DNA of 25,789 bases from a virus (IMGVR_UViG_3300014656_000115:1-25789); one strand, 5' to 3'. Counted from the first letter of the stretch, positions 9,451 through 18,084 are shown. Program-made: numbers and translations. Notes: generated by a model not told the origin, from the letters alone.

Positions 9451-10169
9451 GCGTTTATAATATCTATGTAATGAAAAATATGATAAATGGTAACTGCTAT
9501 GTAGGGCAAACGAAAAAAAAAGTAGATAGGCGTATATATGAACACAGTTTTGAAAAAAAATCATTATTAGGTAAAGCAATAAGAAAATATGGGATGGAAT
9601 CTTTTTGTAAATATGAATACACAAATATCCCATATGGATTATTAGATTATTGCGAGCAACAGATGATACAAAAAATAAATAGTGCGGTTCCAAACGGATA
9701 TAATATTCATCTTGGTGGTCAAGCAAATAGAATAGTTAGTGAAGAGACAAAAAGAAAAATAAGCAAAGCGAAAAAAGGGTATCCTTCTCCTAATAAAGGG
9801 AAAAAACTATCAGAGGAACAAAAGATAAAAATGTCACAAACTCACACGGGCCACAAGTGGACGGAGGAACAAAAAGCTAATTTAAGTAAGATAAGAAAAT
9901 CTTGTCCAGAAAAATATGCTCACATGCAAGGCCGAAAAATGTCAGAAGAAACAAAGGAAAAAATGAGCGCATCTGCAAAAAAAGTAATTCATACAAAGGA
10001 ATGGAATGAAAAAGTATCTAATGGCCAAAAAAATAAAATAATACCGTTTGATGTAAGACTTAAAATAAGTAATGCTTTAACAGGTGTCCCCCATAGTGAA
10101 GAAAGGAAGGAACGGCAATCAATAAGAGTTAAAAAATGGTGGGCTGAAAGAAAAGCGGGAGGGTTATAA
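9447..10169 (+). CDS. Free-standing GIY-YIG homing endonuclease with NUMOD3 repeats
   Basis: IYVMKNMINGNCYVGQT, PNGYN and several SEETKxK(I/M)S-type repeats; visibly AT-rich. Confidence 0.9.
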   Translation: MSVYNIYVMKNMINGNCYVGQTKKKVDRRIYEHSFEKKSLLGKAIRKYGMESFCKYEYTNIPYGLLDYCEQQMIQKINSAVPNGYNIHLGGQANRIVSEETKRKISKAKKGYPSPNKGKKLSEEQKIKMSQTHTGHKWTEEQKANLSKIRKSCPEKYAHMQGRKMSEETKEKMSASAKKVIHTKEWNEKVSNGQKNKIIPFDVRLKISNALTGVPHSEERKERQSIRVKKWWAERKAGGL

Positions 10170-10170
10170 C

Positions 10171-11064
10171 GTGGGCGCACAAATCACGACATCGGTAACA
10201 ATTTTAAACAGCCTTTTAGGATATCAGGGAATAAGCCTTACGAATATGACGGCGACTACGGAGCCACAGATCGCGGCGGGCAGCAAGATAGAAATTGCCG
10301 GGGCGTTTTTTACCTTTGCCTCAAACGACAGTCTTAACGCTTCATCCTGGACGGCGGCGACCACAGCGGCAACGGCGTATATAGCTCTTACCCCTTCCGG
10401 CACGGCAGGCAGCCAAATAGTCTCAGGCTCATGGACATCGACGGCGCCGGAGTGGAGCACCAGCAAGCAAGGTTGGTACACGACCACAGGCAGCAATATC
10501 CGCATAATAGGCGGGTGTACTAAAACAAATCCTACAACCTGGACGGATAAATTTATACTACAGAACTTGCAAGAGGAACAAAGCAGGAAACTAAAATTAC
10601 TTACGACTGCTTCCGTAGGAACCAACTTGACCGTAGGGGGTAATGCGCAAATAGCCGGAACCGCATCAGTAACGAGCAATTTAACCGTAGGCGGGACTGC
10701 GCAAATAACCGGTACGGCATCTGTTACAAGTAATTTAACCGTTGGGGGATTTGTAAAAACGTCTATTAGATACAGTGTTACATCTTATTATCATGAGCAA
10801 GGGGTTGGAACTTTTGGCGGATTATATACAGCTATGGAAGCGCATATACCAAATATAAATGATGAGATGTTGGTATGTGGATCATATATAAGCGTAAACG
10901 GGCCAGTCATAATTTTTCATCATAGGGCAAGAAGAACAGGAGCTGACAATATCACATTGTACGGAATGCTATTTAATCATTCTACGCCAATCTATCAAAC
11001 AGATACGAAGGTTATTTATGCGAGCAATGCAAGCGCATATCAGGGCATGAGTTATGCTTGGTAA
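10171..11064 (+). CDS. Tail fibre / receptor-binding-like protein
   Basis: T/G/A-rich sequence with 18-aa NLTVGG repeats and a distinct C-terminal domain; GTG start with GGAGG upstream. Confidence 0.6.
   Translation: MGAQITTSVTILNSLLGYQGISLTNMTATTEPQIAAGSKIEIAGAFFTFASNDSLNASSWTAATTAATAYIALTPSGTAGSQIVSGSWTSTAPEWSTSKQGWYTTTGSNIRIIGGCTKTNPTTWTDKFILQNLQEEQSRKLKLLTTASVGTNLTVGGNAQIAGTASVTSNLTVGGTAQITGTASVTSNLTVGGFVKTSIRYSVTSYYHEQGVGTFGGLYTAMEAHIPNINDEMLVCGSYISVNGPVIIFHHRARRTGADNITLYGMLFNHSTPIYQTDTKVIYASNASAYQGMSYAW
10606..10749 (+). repeat. 54-bp coding tandem repeat (about 2.7 copies)
   Basis: TASVGTNLTVGGNAQIAG / TASVTSNLTVGGTAQITG / TASVTSNLTVGG starting at 10606, 10660 and 10714. Confidence 0.9.
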
Positions 11065-11461
11065 AACAATAGCGGTGTTGATATTTGTATTTTTCTCTTG
11101 CTCAATATCTTATCCAACCGGAACAAAGGAGGAAGTATTTAATTGGATAGACGATAACTATAATTACACGGCAGACGATAGAGAGCATTGGCAAGCGCCG
11201 GACGAAACACTTGAAAAAATGACAGGAGATTGCGAGGATTGGGCGATTTTAGCCCTGTATATGTTGGATCAAATAAATATCAAAGCCCGGTTTGCGGCAG
11301 TTCGCAAGGCTGATTATGTACACGGGTACTTTCACGCTTGTATAGAAATAGATGGAAGGATATATGAACCGAGGGGCGGGAGTGACGTTACCGATGATTA
11401 CGCAATATCTTTCCTTCTTACATATGACGAGGTTATGGTTTTAAGGATTTTCAATATATGA
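11054..11461 (+). CDS. Lipoprotein with transglutaminase-like cysteine peptidase domain
   Basis: Signal MLGKTIAVLIFVFFS-C16; WQAPDETL...GDCEDWA, HAC and YEP give a Cys-His-acid triad. Confidence 0.75.
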   Translation: MLGKTIAVLIFVFFSCSISYPTGTKEEVFNWIDDNYNYTADDREHWQAPDETLEKMTGDCEDWAILALYMLDQINIKARFAAVRKADYVHGYFHACIEIDGRIYEPRGGSDVTDDYAISFLLTYDEVMVLRIFNI

Positions 11462-12960
11462 CTTTTGATGAACTGATTGTAAAAGAAAACAAAACACCTC
11501 AAACACTCGTACAGGTAGACATAGGCAATCAGAACTATCAATGGGTCAACTACGGATCGGGTATATGGATGTGCGATTTTGAAAACGCATACCCCTGGAT
11601 TGATTCGTCGTTACTTGATGGATTCAGTGCGCAAGGGTTTGGAGCCGTAGGAAGCGTGTATGTTGACGGTATGATTTATACTGAGACGACACTTGAATTA
11701 TTGTATTCAGTGCCGACTTCGTTTTACTACGATGCGACAAATAGAAGAGTATATATTCACGTTATAAATAATGATGAAATATTTTTGCATGAAGTTACTT
11801 TGGGGATTGTATATGGTTTTTCTTATGAAGACATAACGCCGATTGGTTCAGGAGTATTTTACGAGGGAAGATTGACCGGACAACTTACACTGAGGCAACA
11901 GCGCGACCCGTTATTTTTTGGAAAGGTCGCGTACACCGGCGGAAGCATAAATGCGATCAACACGGACGGTGATTATGATACCTGGGGAGAGAGTGAAAAT
12001 ATTTACGGGAATGAGGTCAGGATATACTACGGATTTTCAGAGCTTGATTTTAGCGAATATAAAAAAATGTTTGTCGGCTATATCGAACAGATAGCAATAG
12101 CTGAAGACACTTTGCAAATAAATATACAGGATAAACGGAAACAGTTATCTAAACCTATATCATATACCTGTACAGCATTAAACGCATTCCAGGCGGCACG
12201 GGAAATACTTGTAAATAATTTGCCTATAACATACACGGAAACATATTTTGATACCACTGCATGGGAGTTAGCGGAGGGAGCCGTAGATAATGTATCCATA
12301 TCGGCAAGCGGCGAAACGATCATAAACGTTATTGAGAGTATTTGCAATTCCGTATTTGGTGTATTTGAGATTAACCGGGAGGGAAAGTATTCAGCGCGGG
12401 TGCAACAGGCAGGAAACACGTACAGTGAAATAGATTATAATGACATAGCAAATAAATATATATTAAGTTATGACCCGACAGAAGTTTTATCCTCCGTTAA
12501 GGTTGGGTATAATCGTGATTACGCGACAACCGGAACGGCGTATGATTATTATACCGATGATTCACGGGAGGACGCGGTTGTACTGAAATATAAAACGTAT
12601 CTTGAAAGAAGTTTCGATACGCAATTAGTAACCTCCGCAAGCGCGGCAATATTCGCAACTACAATAATGAATTATGCCGATACGGTTGCACTGAAAACAT
12701 CAATTGAAGTGCCTATGTTGTATTACGATGTAAACCTTATGAGTTATACACAGGTTGATATACGCAGAGAAGCGTCAGACATGATAGGGCCGACAGTGTT
12801 TGAAGTGATCGGGAAAACGTATGATTTCAGCAATAATAAAATATACTTAGAATTGCGCAGAAGCAATGCACTGTTTGATACGCGAAAAATCGATACTGAA
12901 GAAGTCCGACATGTTGACGCGAGTTACAGCGACAGAATACGATTGGTAAGGAGCAGATAG
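11458..12960 (+). CDS. Tail tip / baseplate hub-like protein
   Basis: 500 aa acidic protein in the tail module; MFVGYIEQI...INIQDKRKQL pattern resembles hub proteins. Confidence 0.6.
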   Translation: MTFDELIVKENKTPQTLVQVDIGNQNYQWVNYGSGIWMCDFENAYPWIDSSLLDGFSAQGFGAVGSVYVDGMIYTETTLELLYSVPTSFYYDATNRRVYIHVINNDEIFLHEVTLGIVYGFSYEDITPIGSGVFYEGRLTGQLTLRQQRDPLFFGKVAYTGGSINAINTDGDYDTWGESENIYGNEVRIYYGFSELDFSEYKKMFVGYIEQIAIAEDTLQINIQDKRKQLSKPISYTCTALNAFQAAREILVNNLPITYTETYFDTTAWELAEGAVDNVSISASGETIINVIESICNSVFGVFEINREGKYSARVQQAGNTYSEIDYNDIANKYILSYDPTEVLSSVKVGYNRDYATTGTAYDYYTDDSREDAVVLKYKTYLERSFDTQLVTSASAAIFATTIMNYADTVALKTSIEVPMLYYDVNLMSYTQVDIRREASDMIGPTVFEVIGKTYDFSNNKIYLELRRSNALFDTRKIDTEEVRHVDASYSDRIRLVRSR

Positions 12961-13791
12961 ATGGCAATAAATATAGACGGCCTTACGGCGGCAGGGGCCC
13001 TTGACCCGAATGATTTATTTGAAGTGCAACAGGCAGGAGTCAATAAAAAACTCGAATTAGGCGAATTGTGGGTTATCGCAAAAGGAATAAACACATTACA
13101 ACTTTACAAAAGCGCGACGGCGACGACGACGACGATTATTAGACCTGGGGTAATCCATATAAATGATGGCACGGATGATTACCTGCGAGAAAACACTAGT
13201 TTTTCCGAAGTAACTATAACCGGGGCGACGGGGTGGAGTTTCATAACCTGCACACAAGCACTCGTATTTACGCAAAGAGCAGATAGCGGAGGCGCGGCGA
13301 TTTCCGCTAGACCATCGGCAACATGCTATTCTTATGTAGACGGAGCGGATACAGGATACAATCACACCAAGGGCGGGTATTATTATGATGATGATGAACG
13401 AATAATAGGCGCAGTGTGGTGGACCGGTGCGGAGATTAGCCATATAATACAGAATCTTAATGGCACCGATGAGATTGGGGAGAATAGTCGTGGGAATTGG
13501 GAACGTTTTGGCAGGAAACAAAATTGTTTCGGCACCACAACGTGCGACCATAATATATCTATAAGTAATGCGTATGGAGCAACTGCGGGAGAAATGTTTA
13601 GAGGGAATGTTACTATTACTTTTCCTGTTCCCTTTATTGTTGCACCTACTCCTTTCCATACTCCACAGTATTACGGAAGCTTTATGTCAACATGGCCAAG
13701 TACAACAAGTATGGAAGGAAGAGTTTTACACGCTGCGTCCGGCACTGGGGCAAGCTATGCCTGGAAGGTAGATGGATATTGGCGATTATGA
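12961..13791 (+). CDS. Tail fibre protein
   Basis: NIDGLTAA...DLFEVQQAGVNKK N-terminal motif; ENSRGNWERF...VTITFPVPFIVAP...WKVDGYW gp53-like C-terminal domain. Confidence 0.7.
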   Translation: MAINIDGLTAAGALDPNDLFEVQQAGVNKKLELGELWVIAKGINTLQLYKSATATTTTIIRPGVIHINDGTDDYLRENTSFSEVTITGATGWSFITCTQALVFTQRADSGGAAISARPSATCYSYVDGADTGYNHTKGGYYYDDDERIIGAVWWTGAEISHIIQNLNGTDEIGENSRGNWERFGRKQNCFGTTTCDHNISISNAYGATAGEMFRGNVTITFPVPFIVAPTPFHTPQYYGSFMSTWPSTTSMEGRVLHAASGTGASYAWKVDGYWRL

Positions 13792-14105
13792 ACATCGTTT
13801 ACAATTACATACAACCGTTGGATTGCGAAGACTGCTATAAATCACGGGAAGTGGTTTGCAAGGGACGTAAACATGATATTGATTTATGCATTGCTGATAT
13901 CATCGAGGCGATAAACAATCATCCTAATTTGAGAACTGAATCCTCATGTTGCGGACATGGAGTCGCTAAGGGATCGGTAATCTGTGCCAATAAAAATGAC
14001 GATTACTTTTTTATCGAGATTGATTTACATACGCCGTTGAAAACGTGGGAAACATACCGACCACTACATGAGGCGATGATGAGGGGGAAGAAATGCAGGG
14101 TATAA
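13788..14105 (+). CDS. Hypothetical protein with TYW3-like N-terminal motif
   Basis: ATG 13788 overlaps the upstream TGA; IDLCIADIIEAINN...TESSCCGH. Confidence 0.6.
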   Translation: MNIVYNYIQPLDCEDCYKSREVVCKGRKHDIDLCIADIIEAINNHPNLRTESSCCGHGVAKGSVICANKNDDYFFIEIDLHTPLKTWETYRPLHEAMMRGKKCRV

Positions 14106-14689
14106 AAAATCATGCTAATCCAAAGATTAGATACGAACAAACCAGAAACTCGGTTGAAGCGATGATATTGCGGATATTAAAAGAGCGGCTGCGGAAAGAC
14201 AATAAGCCGATAGGATATCTTGAAAGTTGCGGAGCCTGTGCTTTTTGTTGCCTTATGGAAGGTATGGGATATCTGCAAAGTAAAGACTATTTCACTTTCC
14301 CTGCTGGGGCGCGGGTACAAATGGACGATGCGGTCATGCTGTATCTTAACGATCCGGATAGGGGATATTCTGAGATTATGCGCAATCGTCTGGCCATGGC
14401 ATACAGGGCGGCGGCATGGGATTTGTATAATGTGTCTGCAAAAATCGTTGACCCCTGTACGTTTGATATGATGGTAGCAGAACTAAAGAAAGGCCATGGC
14501 GTACAGTTCTGTTTGGAAAATCCAGGCCACTGGCTCGCGGCTATCGCGTATGATGATGTACACCGGGAAATTGTATATATGGATTCTTGGGGCAGCAGAC
14601 CCGGATTAAAAAACGGTGGAGTCAATGAGCGATTAACGGAAGATGAATATAAAAGCAACGTCAAAAAATTTATGGTGGTATATTTATGA
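14093..14689 (+). CDS. C39-like papain-fold peptidase, candidate endolysin
   Basis: YEQ...ESCGA, PGHWLA and YMDSW (Q, C, H, D arrangement); directly upstream of a holin-like gene. Confidence 0.7.
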   Translation: MQGIKNHANPKIRYEQTRNSVEAMILRILKERLRKDNKPIGYLESCGACAFCCLMEGMGYLQSKDYFTFPAGARVQMDDAVMLYLNDPDRGYSEIMRNRLAMAYRAAAWDLYNVSAKIVDPCTFDMMVAELKKGHGVQFCLENPGHWLAAIAYDDVHREIVYMDSWGSRPGLKNGGVNERLTEDEYKSNVKKFMVVYL

Positions 14690-14913
14690 AAAAATTACAA
14701 GCTTACGGGCGGAAAATGCTCGCGTTTTTCATGGTGCATTTTACACTTGTTGCATTTTATGCAATGACCGCCCCATGGAAAACCAACTCACAAGAAATCC
14801 TTGTACCTATACTCGCGGCGATGATCTTAAATGCGGCTATTTATATAGGCGGGAACGTATTCGATACGCTGGTAAAATCAAAGAACTTTCATCCTGAGTT
14901 AGTGGGGAAATAA
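14686..14913 (+). CDS. Holin-like protein (2 TM)
   Basis: Two hydrophobic segments; GRKMLAF and YIGGNV motifs; follows the peptidase. Confidence 0.7.
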   Translation: MKKLQAYGRKMLAFFMVHFTLVAFYAMTAPWKTNSQEILVPILAAMILNAAIYIGGNVFDTLVKSKNFHPELVGK

Positions 14914-14915
14914 TT

Positions 14916-15242
14916 ATGGAGGATAATATGCTTAAAGAAATGAAATTCGAAATTGATGGAAAAGAAATTGTTTTGAAAGGAGATAGTGCTTGGAAACTAT
15001 ACATGGAGCTGAAAAAATATTTCGAGCCAAGAAATACGGAATATGTACCATATCCGGTTTATCCGCAATGTCCTGGACAAGTATATCCAAATATACCGTG
15101 GTATACGGATTGGTGGAAAGTAACTGATAAACCATACACCATTACATACGCCGGAACATTGGATGAACAAATCGTACTTGACGCGACCCAAACGTTGAGC
15201 GATGGAACCGTACATATCTATCAAGCCTATAAAGGAAATTGA
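14916..15242 (+). CDS. Hypothetical protein with P/Y-rich segment
   Basis: Tightly packed ORF; EYVPYPVYPQCPGQVYPNIPW. GGAGG at 14918-14922 suggests ATG 14928 as an alternative start. Confidence 0.6.
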   Translation: MEDNMLKEMKFEIDGKEIVLKGDSAWKLYMELKKYFEPRNTEYVPYPVYPQCPGQVYPNIPWYTDWWKVTDKPYTITYAGTLDEQIVLDATQTLSDGTVHIYQAYKGN

Positions 15243-15797
15243 ATGTGGATAAAACAGCGAAAATCATTCTTATTGCCGGCCTTGTTGCTATTGTTGTTAT
15301 TGGCACAGCCGCTTTTTTCGCAGGACGCGGAACCGCCGGAACCAACTATGCTACAACTATTAAAGACCTCAAGGGAGTCATTGCTGACGGCAATAGAACA
15401 ACGGGACTCATTATTGAGGCTTATAAACGAGAGGCTGGCTATGTCGACACTCTTGAATCAAACAACGGAAAAATTATCGAGCGATTGGATAAGCTACAAA
15501 TTAGCCTTGATGAACGAAATCGATCTATTGACGATGGATTTACACAACAACTCGAATATATTAAAAGCCTTGCAAATATCGATGAACGAACAGGGGCCAC
15601 GGTTGACGGCCTTGGAGGAAGCCTGGAAGAAAGCCTCCGATTTATCGACAGAGCTATTGAAACAGTACAGGAGGGACATCCTTAGAGCCGTCCTCATAAC
15701 CGGCGGCGTATGTATTGGCGTATCGGTGGTGATTATTGTTGTCATTGGAATACTTAATTATCAGAATATCAAGGGGTTACTGAATGGCGACGGTTAA
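15243..15797 (+). CDS. Signal-peptide, coiled-coil, C-terminal TM protein (spanin-like candidate)
   Basis: SPI-type signal LLLLLLLAQPLFS-QD, Leu-rich helix, C-terminal TM VLITGGVCIGVSVVIIVVIGIL; AAAGGA RBS at 15231-15236. Confidence 0.7.
   Translation: MWIKQRKSFLLPALLLLLLLAQPLFSQDAEPPEPTMLQLLKTSRESLLTAIEQRDSLLRLINERLAMSTLLNQTTEKLSSDWISYKLALMNEIDLLTMDLHNNSNILKALQISMNEQGPRLTALEEAWKKASDLSTELLKQYRRDILRAVLITGGVCIGVSVVIIVVIGILNYQNIKGLLNGDG
15245..15685 (+). CDS. N-terminal TM plus coiled-coil protein (i-spanin-like), overprinted on 15243-15797
   Basis: GTG 15245 is 8 nt from AAAGGA (TTG 15239 is too close); IILIAGLVAIVVIGTAAFF TM followed by helical sequence. Confidence 0.6.
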   Translation: MDKTAKIILIAGLVAIVVIGTAAFFAGRGTAGTNYATTIKDLKGVIADGNRTTGLIIEAYKREAGYVDTLESNNGKIIERLDKLQISLDERNRSIDDGFTQQLEYIKSLANIDERTGATVDGLGGSLEESLRFIDRAIETVQEGHP

Positions 15798-16086
15798 TTT
15801 ATCCGTATGGATACCAACAGTTATTGGTGTCCTGACTATCGGCGGTATGATTGTACGGTTTTTCCAGTTGATAACAAAATTAGAAATGAAATTGAAAGAA
15901 GTGGAATCAAGGCACGAAAAAGATATGTGTGACACTAAGGGTGACATAGACGCTTTAGGGAAAAAAGTTTCTGAGCAGGCACACTATCAAATACAAACGG
16001 AAAAGGACATCGTGGAAATCAACGGCAGGCTTAAAAATATCGAAGGGTTACTTGAAGAGATCAAGGCGGATTTACGGGGCAGGTAG
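15784..16086 (+). CDS. Single-TM coiled-coil protein (holin/XhlA-like)
   Basis: N-terminal hydrophobic helix followed by charged coiled coil; end of the lysis region. Confidence 0.65.
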   Translation: MATVNLSVWIPTVIGVLTIGGMIVRFFQLITKLEMKLKEVESRHEKDMCDTKGDIDALGKKVSEQAHYQIQTEKDIVEINGRLKNIEGLLEEIKADLRGR

Positions 16087-16302
16087 CAGCTCAAGACGTT
16101 TCAAGACTTCAATTATTATTGGTGTAAGCAGCTCAATGTCTGCCTCAAGTTTTTCCATGTGTAATCTTTTATCCCTCCCCTCGTGTCGTGTAATCCATTC
16201 TTCCAGCGCTTCCCTTGCTATGTAATGCCGCTCTTTTTCATTTGGCAGATAGCGTCTAAAACGTTTTTCTAAATCTCCGTGAATATCGTATTGCAACCTC
16301 AT
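16072..16302 (-). CDS. Small putative DNA-binding protein (RHH-like)
   Basis: MRLQYDI beta strand followed by helices with IAREALEEWI. Confidence 0.5.
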   Translation of the reverse strand: MRLQYDIHGDLEKRFRRYLPNEKERHYIAREALEEWITRHEGRDKRLHMEKLEADIELLTPIIIEVLKRLELLPAP

Positions 16303-16330
16303 GTATAAAATGCCCCCAGATTGAAATATA

Positions 16331-16720
16331 TTACAGTCCTGTAGAGTTATCGACGGTCTCGGATAAATCCTCTATGGTCCATCCATACGCCCTGTGACCA
16401 CGTTTTAGCGCAATTGACAGCATGGCGGACGATGCGGTTTTTTCCTCATGTTCGTTTATAAATTGCGCCGCTTGTTTTAGACTATTAAAAGTAAATTTTA
16501 CATTGTTTTTTATTATTGCCACCTTGCGACAGCGCGATCTATGCGTTTCTATTTGGGGCGGCTCAACTACGATGATAATCGGCTCCGGCTCCACTTTCTC
16601 CGGTTGCACTTCCTCTTTGTCTATGTACTCTTTAGTCCGCAGCGATCTGCGATACCCCATGTTTTCAATACATAGCCAAATCGGATGGTCGACAGAAAAT
16701 AGGCCGTAATGAAAACTCAT
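16331..16720 (-). CDS. Protein with NUMOD1-like HTH domain
   Basis: FTFNSLKQAAQFI...LSIALKRGHRAYGW. Confidence 0.55.
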   Translation of the reverse strand: MSFHYGLFSVDHPIWLCIENMGYRRSLRTKEYIDKEEVQPEKVEPEPIIIVVEPPQIETHRSRCRKVAIIKNNVKFTFNSLKQAAQFINEHEEKTASSAMLSIALKRGHRAYGWTIEDLSETVDNSTGL

Positions 16721-17394
16721 AATTCACCCTGCTTGTATACAAGTTCTTGAACTTCTTGCGGTTCGAATAATTCAGCCTGCTTAATATGGTTCTGATACCG
16801 TGCCTCTTGCGCTTCCCAATAGTCTTCGTCTATCTCGCACCCCTCAAAGTCAAAGCCTAAATCATGGCACGCTATCCGCAGCGAACCACTTCCCACGTGA
16901 CTATCGAATATTGTTTGACCTGGCTTTGCGTAGTTTTGCAGGAGCCATTTGTAAAGGGCTATTGGTTTTTGACACGGGTGGATTGTCTTATCTTCTGCAA
17001 TTTCTCTATAAAATCCGCTAGCCCATGGAATAGAAACAAAATCAACTTTTTTTTGAAAAGATACAGAAGCAATTTCGCACTTACTCATATTAGGATGACC
17101 AATCTGTTTATGCCATATAATTGCTCCACCTGAAAAACAATTATAATAATTAGCACCCCATATAATATTCTTTTTACTTATTCTATATATTTCACAAAAA
17201 TAATTATCATTTGGAATATTATCGTTCCACATTACATGGCCATGCTTTCGAGTTCCTCTTTTATTCCCGATGCTTGTCTGCATGTTAAAATCCCCAATCC
17301 CATACGGCGGGTCAACTATCGCTAAATCATAGTGTTTGTCCGGGAGGTCTTTCATAAAGTCCATGCAGTCGCAACAAATGACACGATTTAACAT
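16717..17394 (-). CDS. DNA N6-adenine/N4-cytosine methyltransferase (beta class)
   Basis: IVDPPY, HPCQKP and DSHVGSGS...GCEID motifs in beta order. Confidence 0.93.
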   Translation of the reverse strand: MLNRVICCDCMDFMKDLPDKHYDLAIVDPPYGIGDFNMQTSIGNKRGTRKHGHVMWNDNIPNDNYFCEIYRISKKNIIWGANYYNCFSGGAIIWHKQIGHPNMSKCEIASVSFQKKVDFVSIPWASGFYREIAEDKTIHPCQKPIALYKWLLQNYAKPGQTIFDSHVGSGSLRIACHDLGFDFEGCEIDEDYWEAQEARYQNHIKQAELFEPQEVQELVYKQGEL

Positions 17395-18084
17395 TTATCC
17401 TTCCCGCTCGCCCGCTTCATGAATAGCATCCCATATCAAGTGAGCGTCATGCTTCCATAGCTTTTGAATTGTAAATTGTCCAGCAGACTCCCACCATTGA
17501 TTAAATCCTATTTCCACCTCTTTTGGTTTGGATCTAATTATCAACTCCTTTATTTCTTCCCATGTTTTCCCGGTTGCTTTTTCGTCTGGCTTAAAATCGT
17601 AGGCGTCAAATATTTCACGCGCTATTTGATACCCGTATTCGTTGTTTTTAATTTCTCTACATACGATCATTATAAGGGTGTCGTAAAATTTTATATCTCG
17701 TTCGAGTATGTCCGGTAGCGCGGCTATCGCCTCCGACATATTAATGTCCGTATCAACAATGCCAATCGTTCTTTTTCGTATCCACTTTTCCTTTTCGGTT
17801 TCCCTTGGACGGGAGCGGAGTTCGTCAAGTTTATGCGATATTAAAATAATGTCCTCCCGTAATAATGGAAATCTGTTTTCGTCATTATGATGGAAACAGT
17901 TTGCCACCCGATAAATATCCTGATTCGATAGCTCCCCAGGGTCGCGTATTTCTACGGGGCGACGGTAGGTGTAACAGTTGTCAAGCTCATAATGGAAATC
18001 AGATATTTTTTTCCAATTCCCCGCATGATATACTTCGTCAGTATCCGTACAGTCATTCGGTCTAATAAAAACATAATATTTCAT
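17395..18084 (-). CDS. Hypothetical protein, paralog of 19837-20280
   Basis: Shares the MKYY start and DELRxxPRExxKEKWIR. Confidence 0.75.
   Translation of the reverse strand: MKYYVFIRPNDCTDTDEVYHAGNWKKISDFHYELDNCYTYRRPVEIRDPGELSNQDIYRVANCFHHNDENRFPLLREDIILISHKLDELRSRPRETEKEKWIRKRTIGIVDTDINMSEAIAALPDILERDIKFYDTLIMIVCREIKNNEYGYQIAREIFDAYDFKPDEKATGKTWEEIKELIIRSKPKEVEIGFNQWWESAGQFTIQKLWKHDAHLIWDAIHEAGEREG

Noticed and set aside
9440-10175. Group I intron housing the GIY-YIG gene
   Set aside because: The flanking genes end and start directly at the endonuclease boundaries, leaving no non-coding sequence for an intron core.
13113-13135. GACGACGACG microsatellite-like run
   Set aside because: It encodes an in-frame poly-Thr stretch; a triplet repeat would not cause phase variation.
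10171-13791. Possible diversity-generating retroelement targeting the fibre C-termini
   Set aside because: No reverse transcriptase in the window and no template/variable repeat pair differing at adenines was seen.
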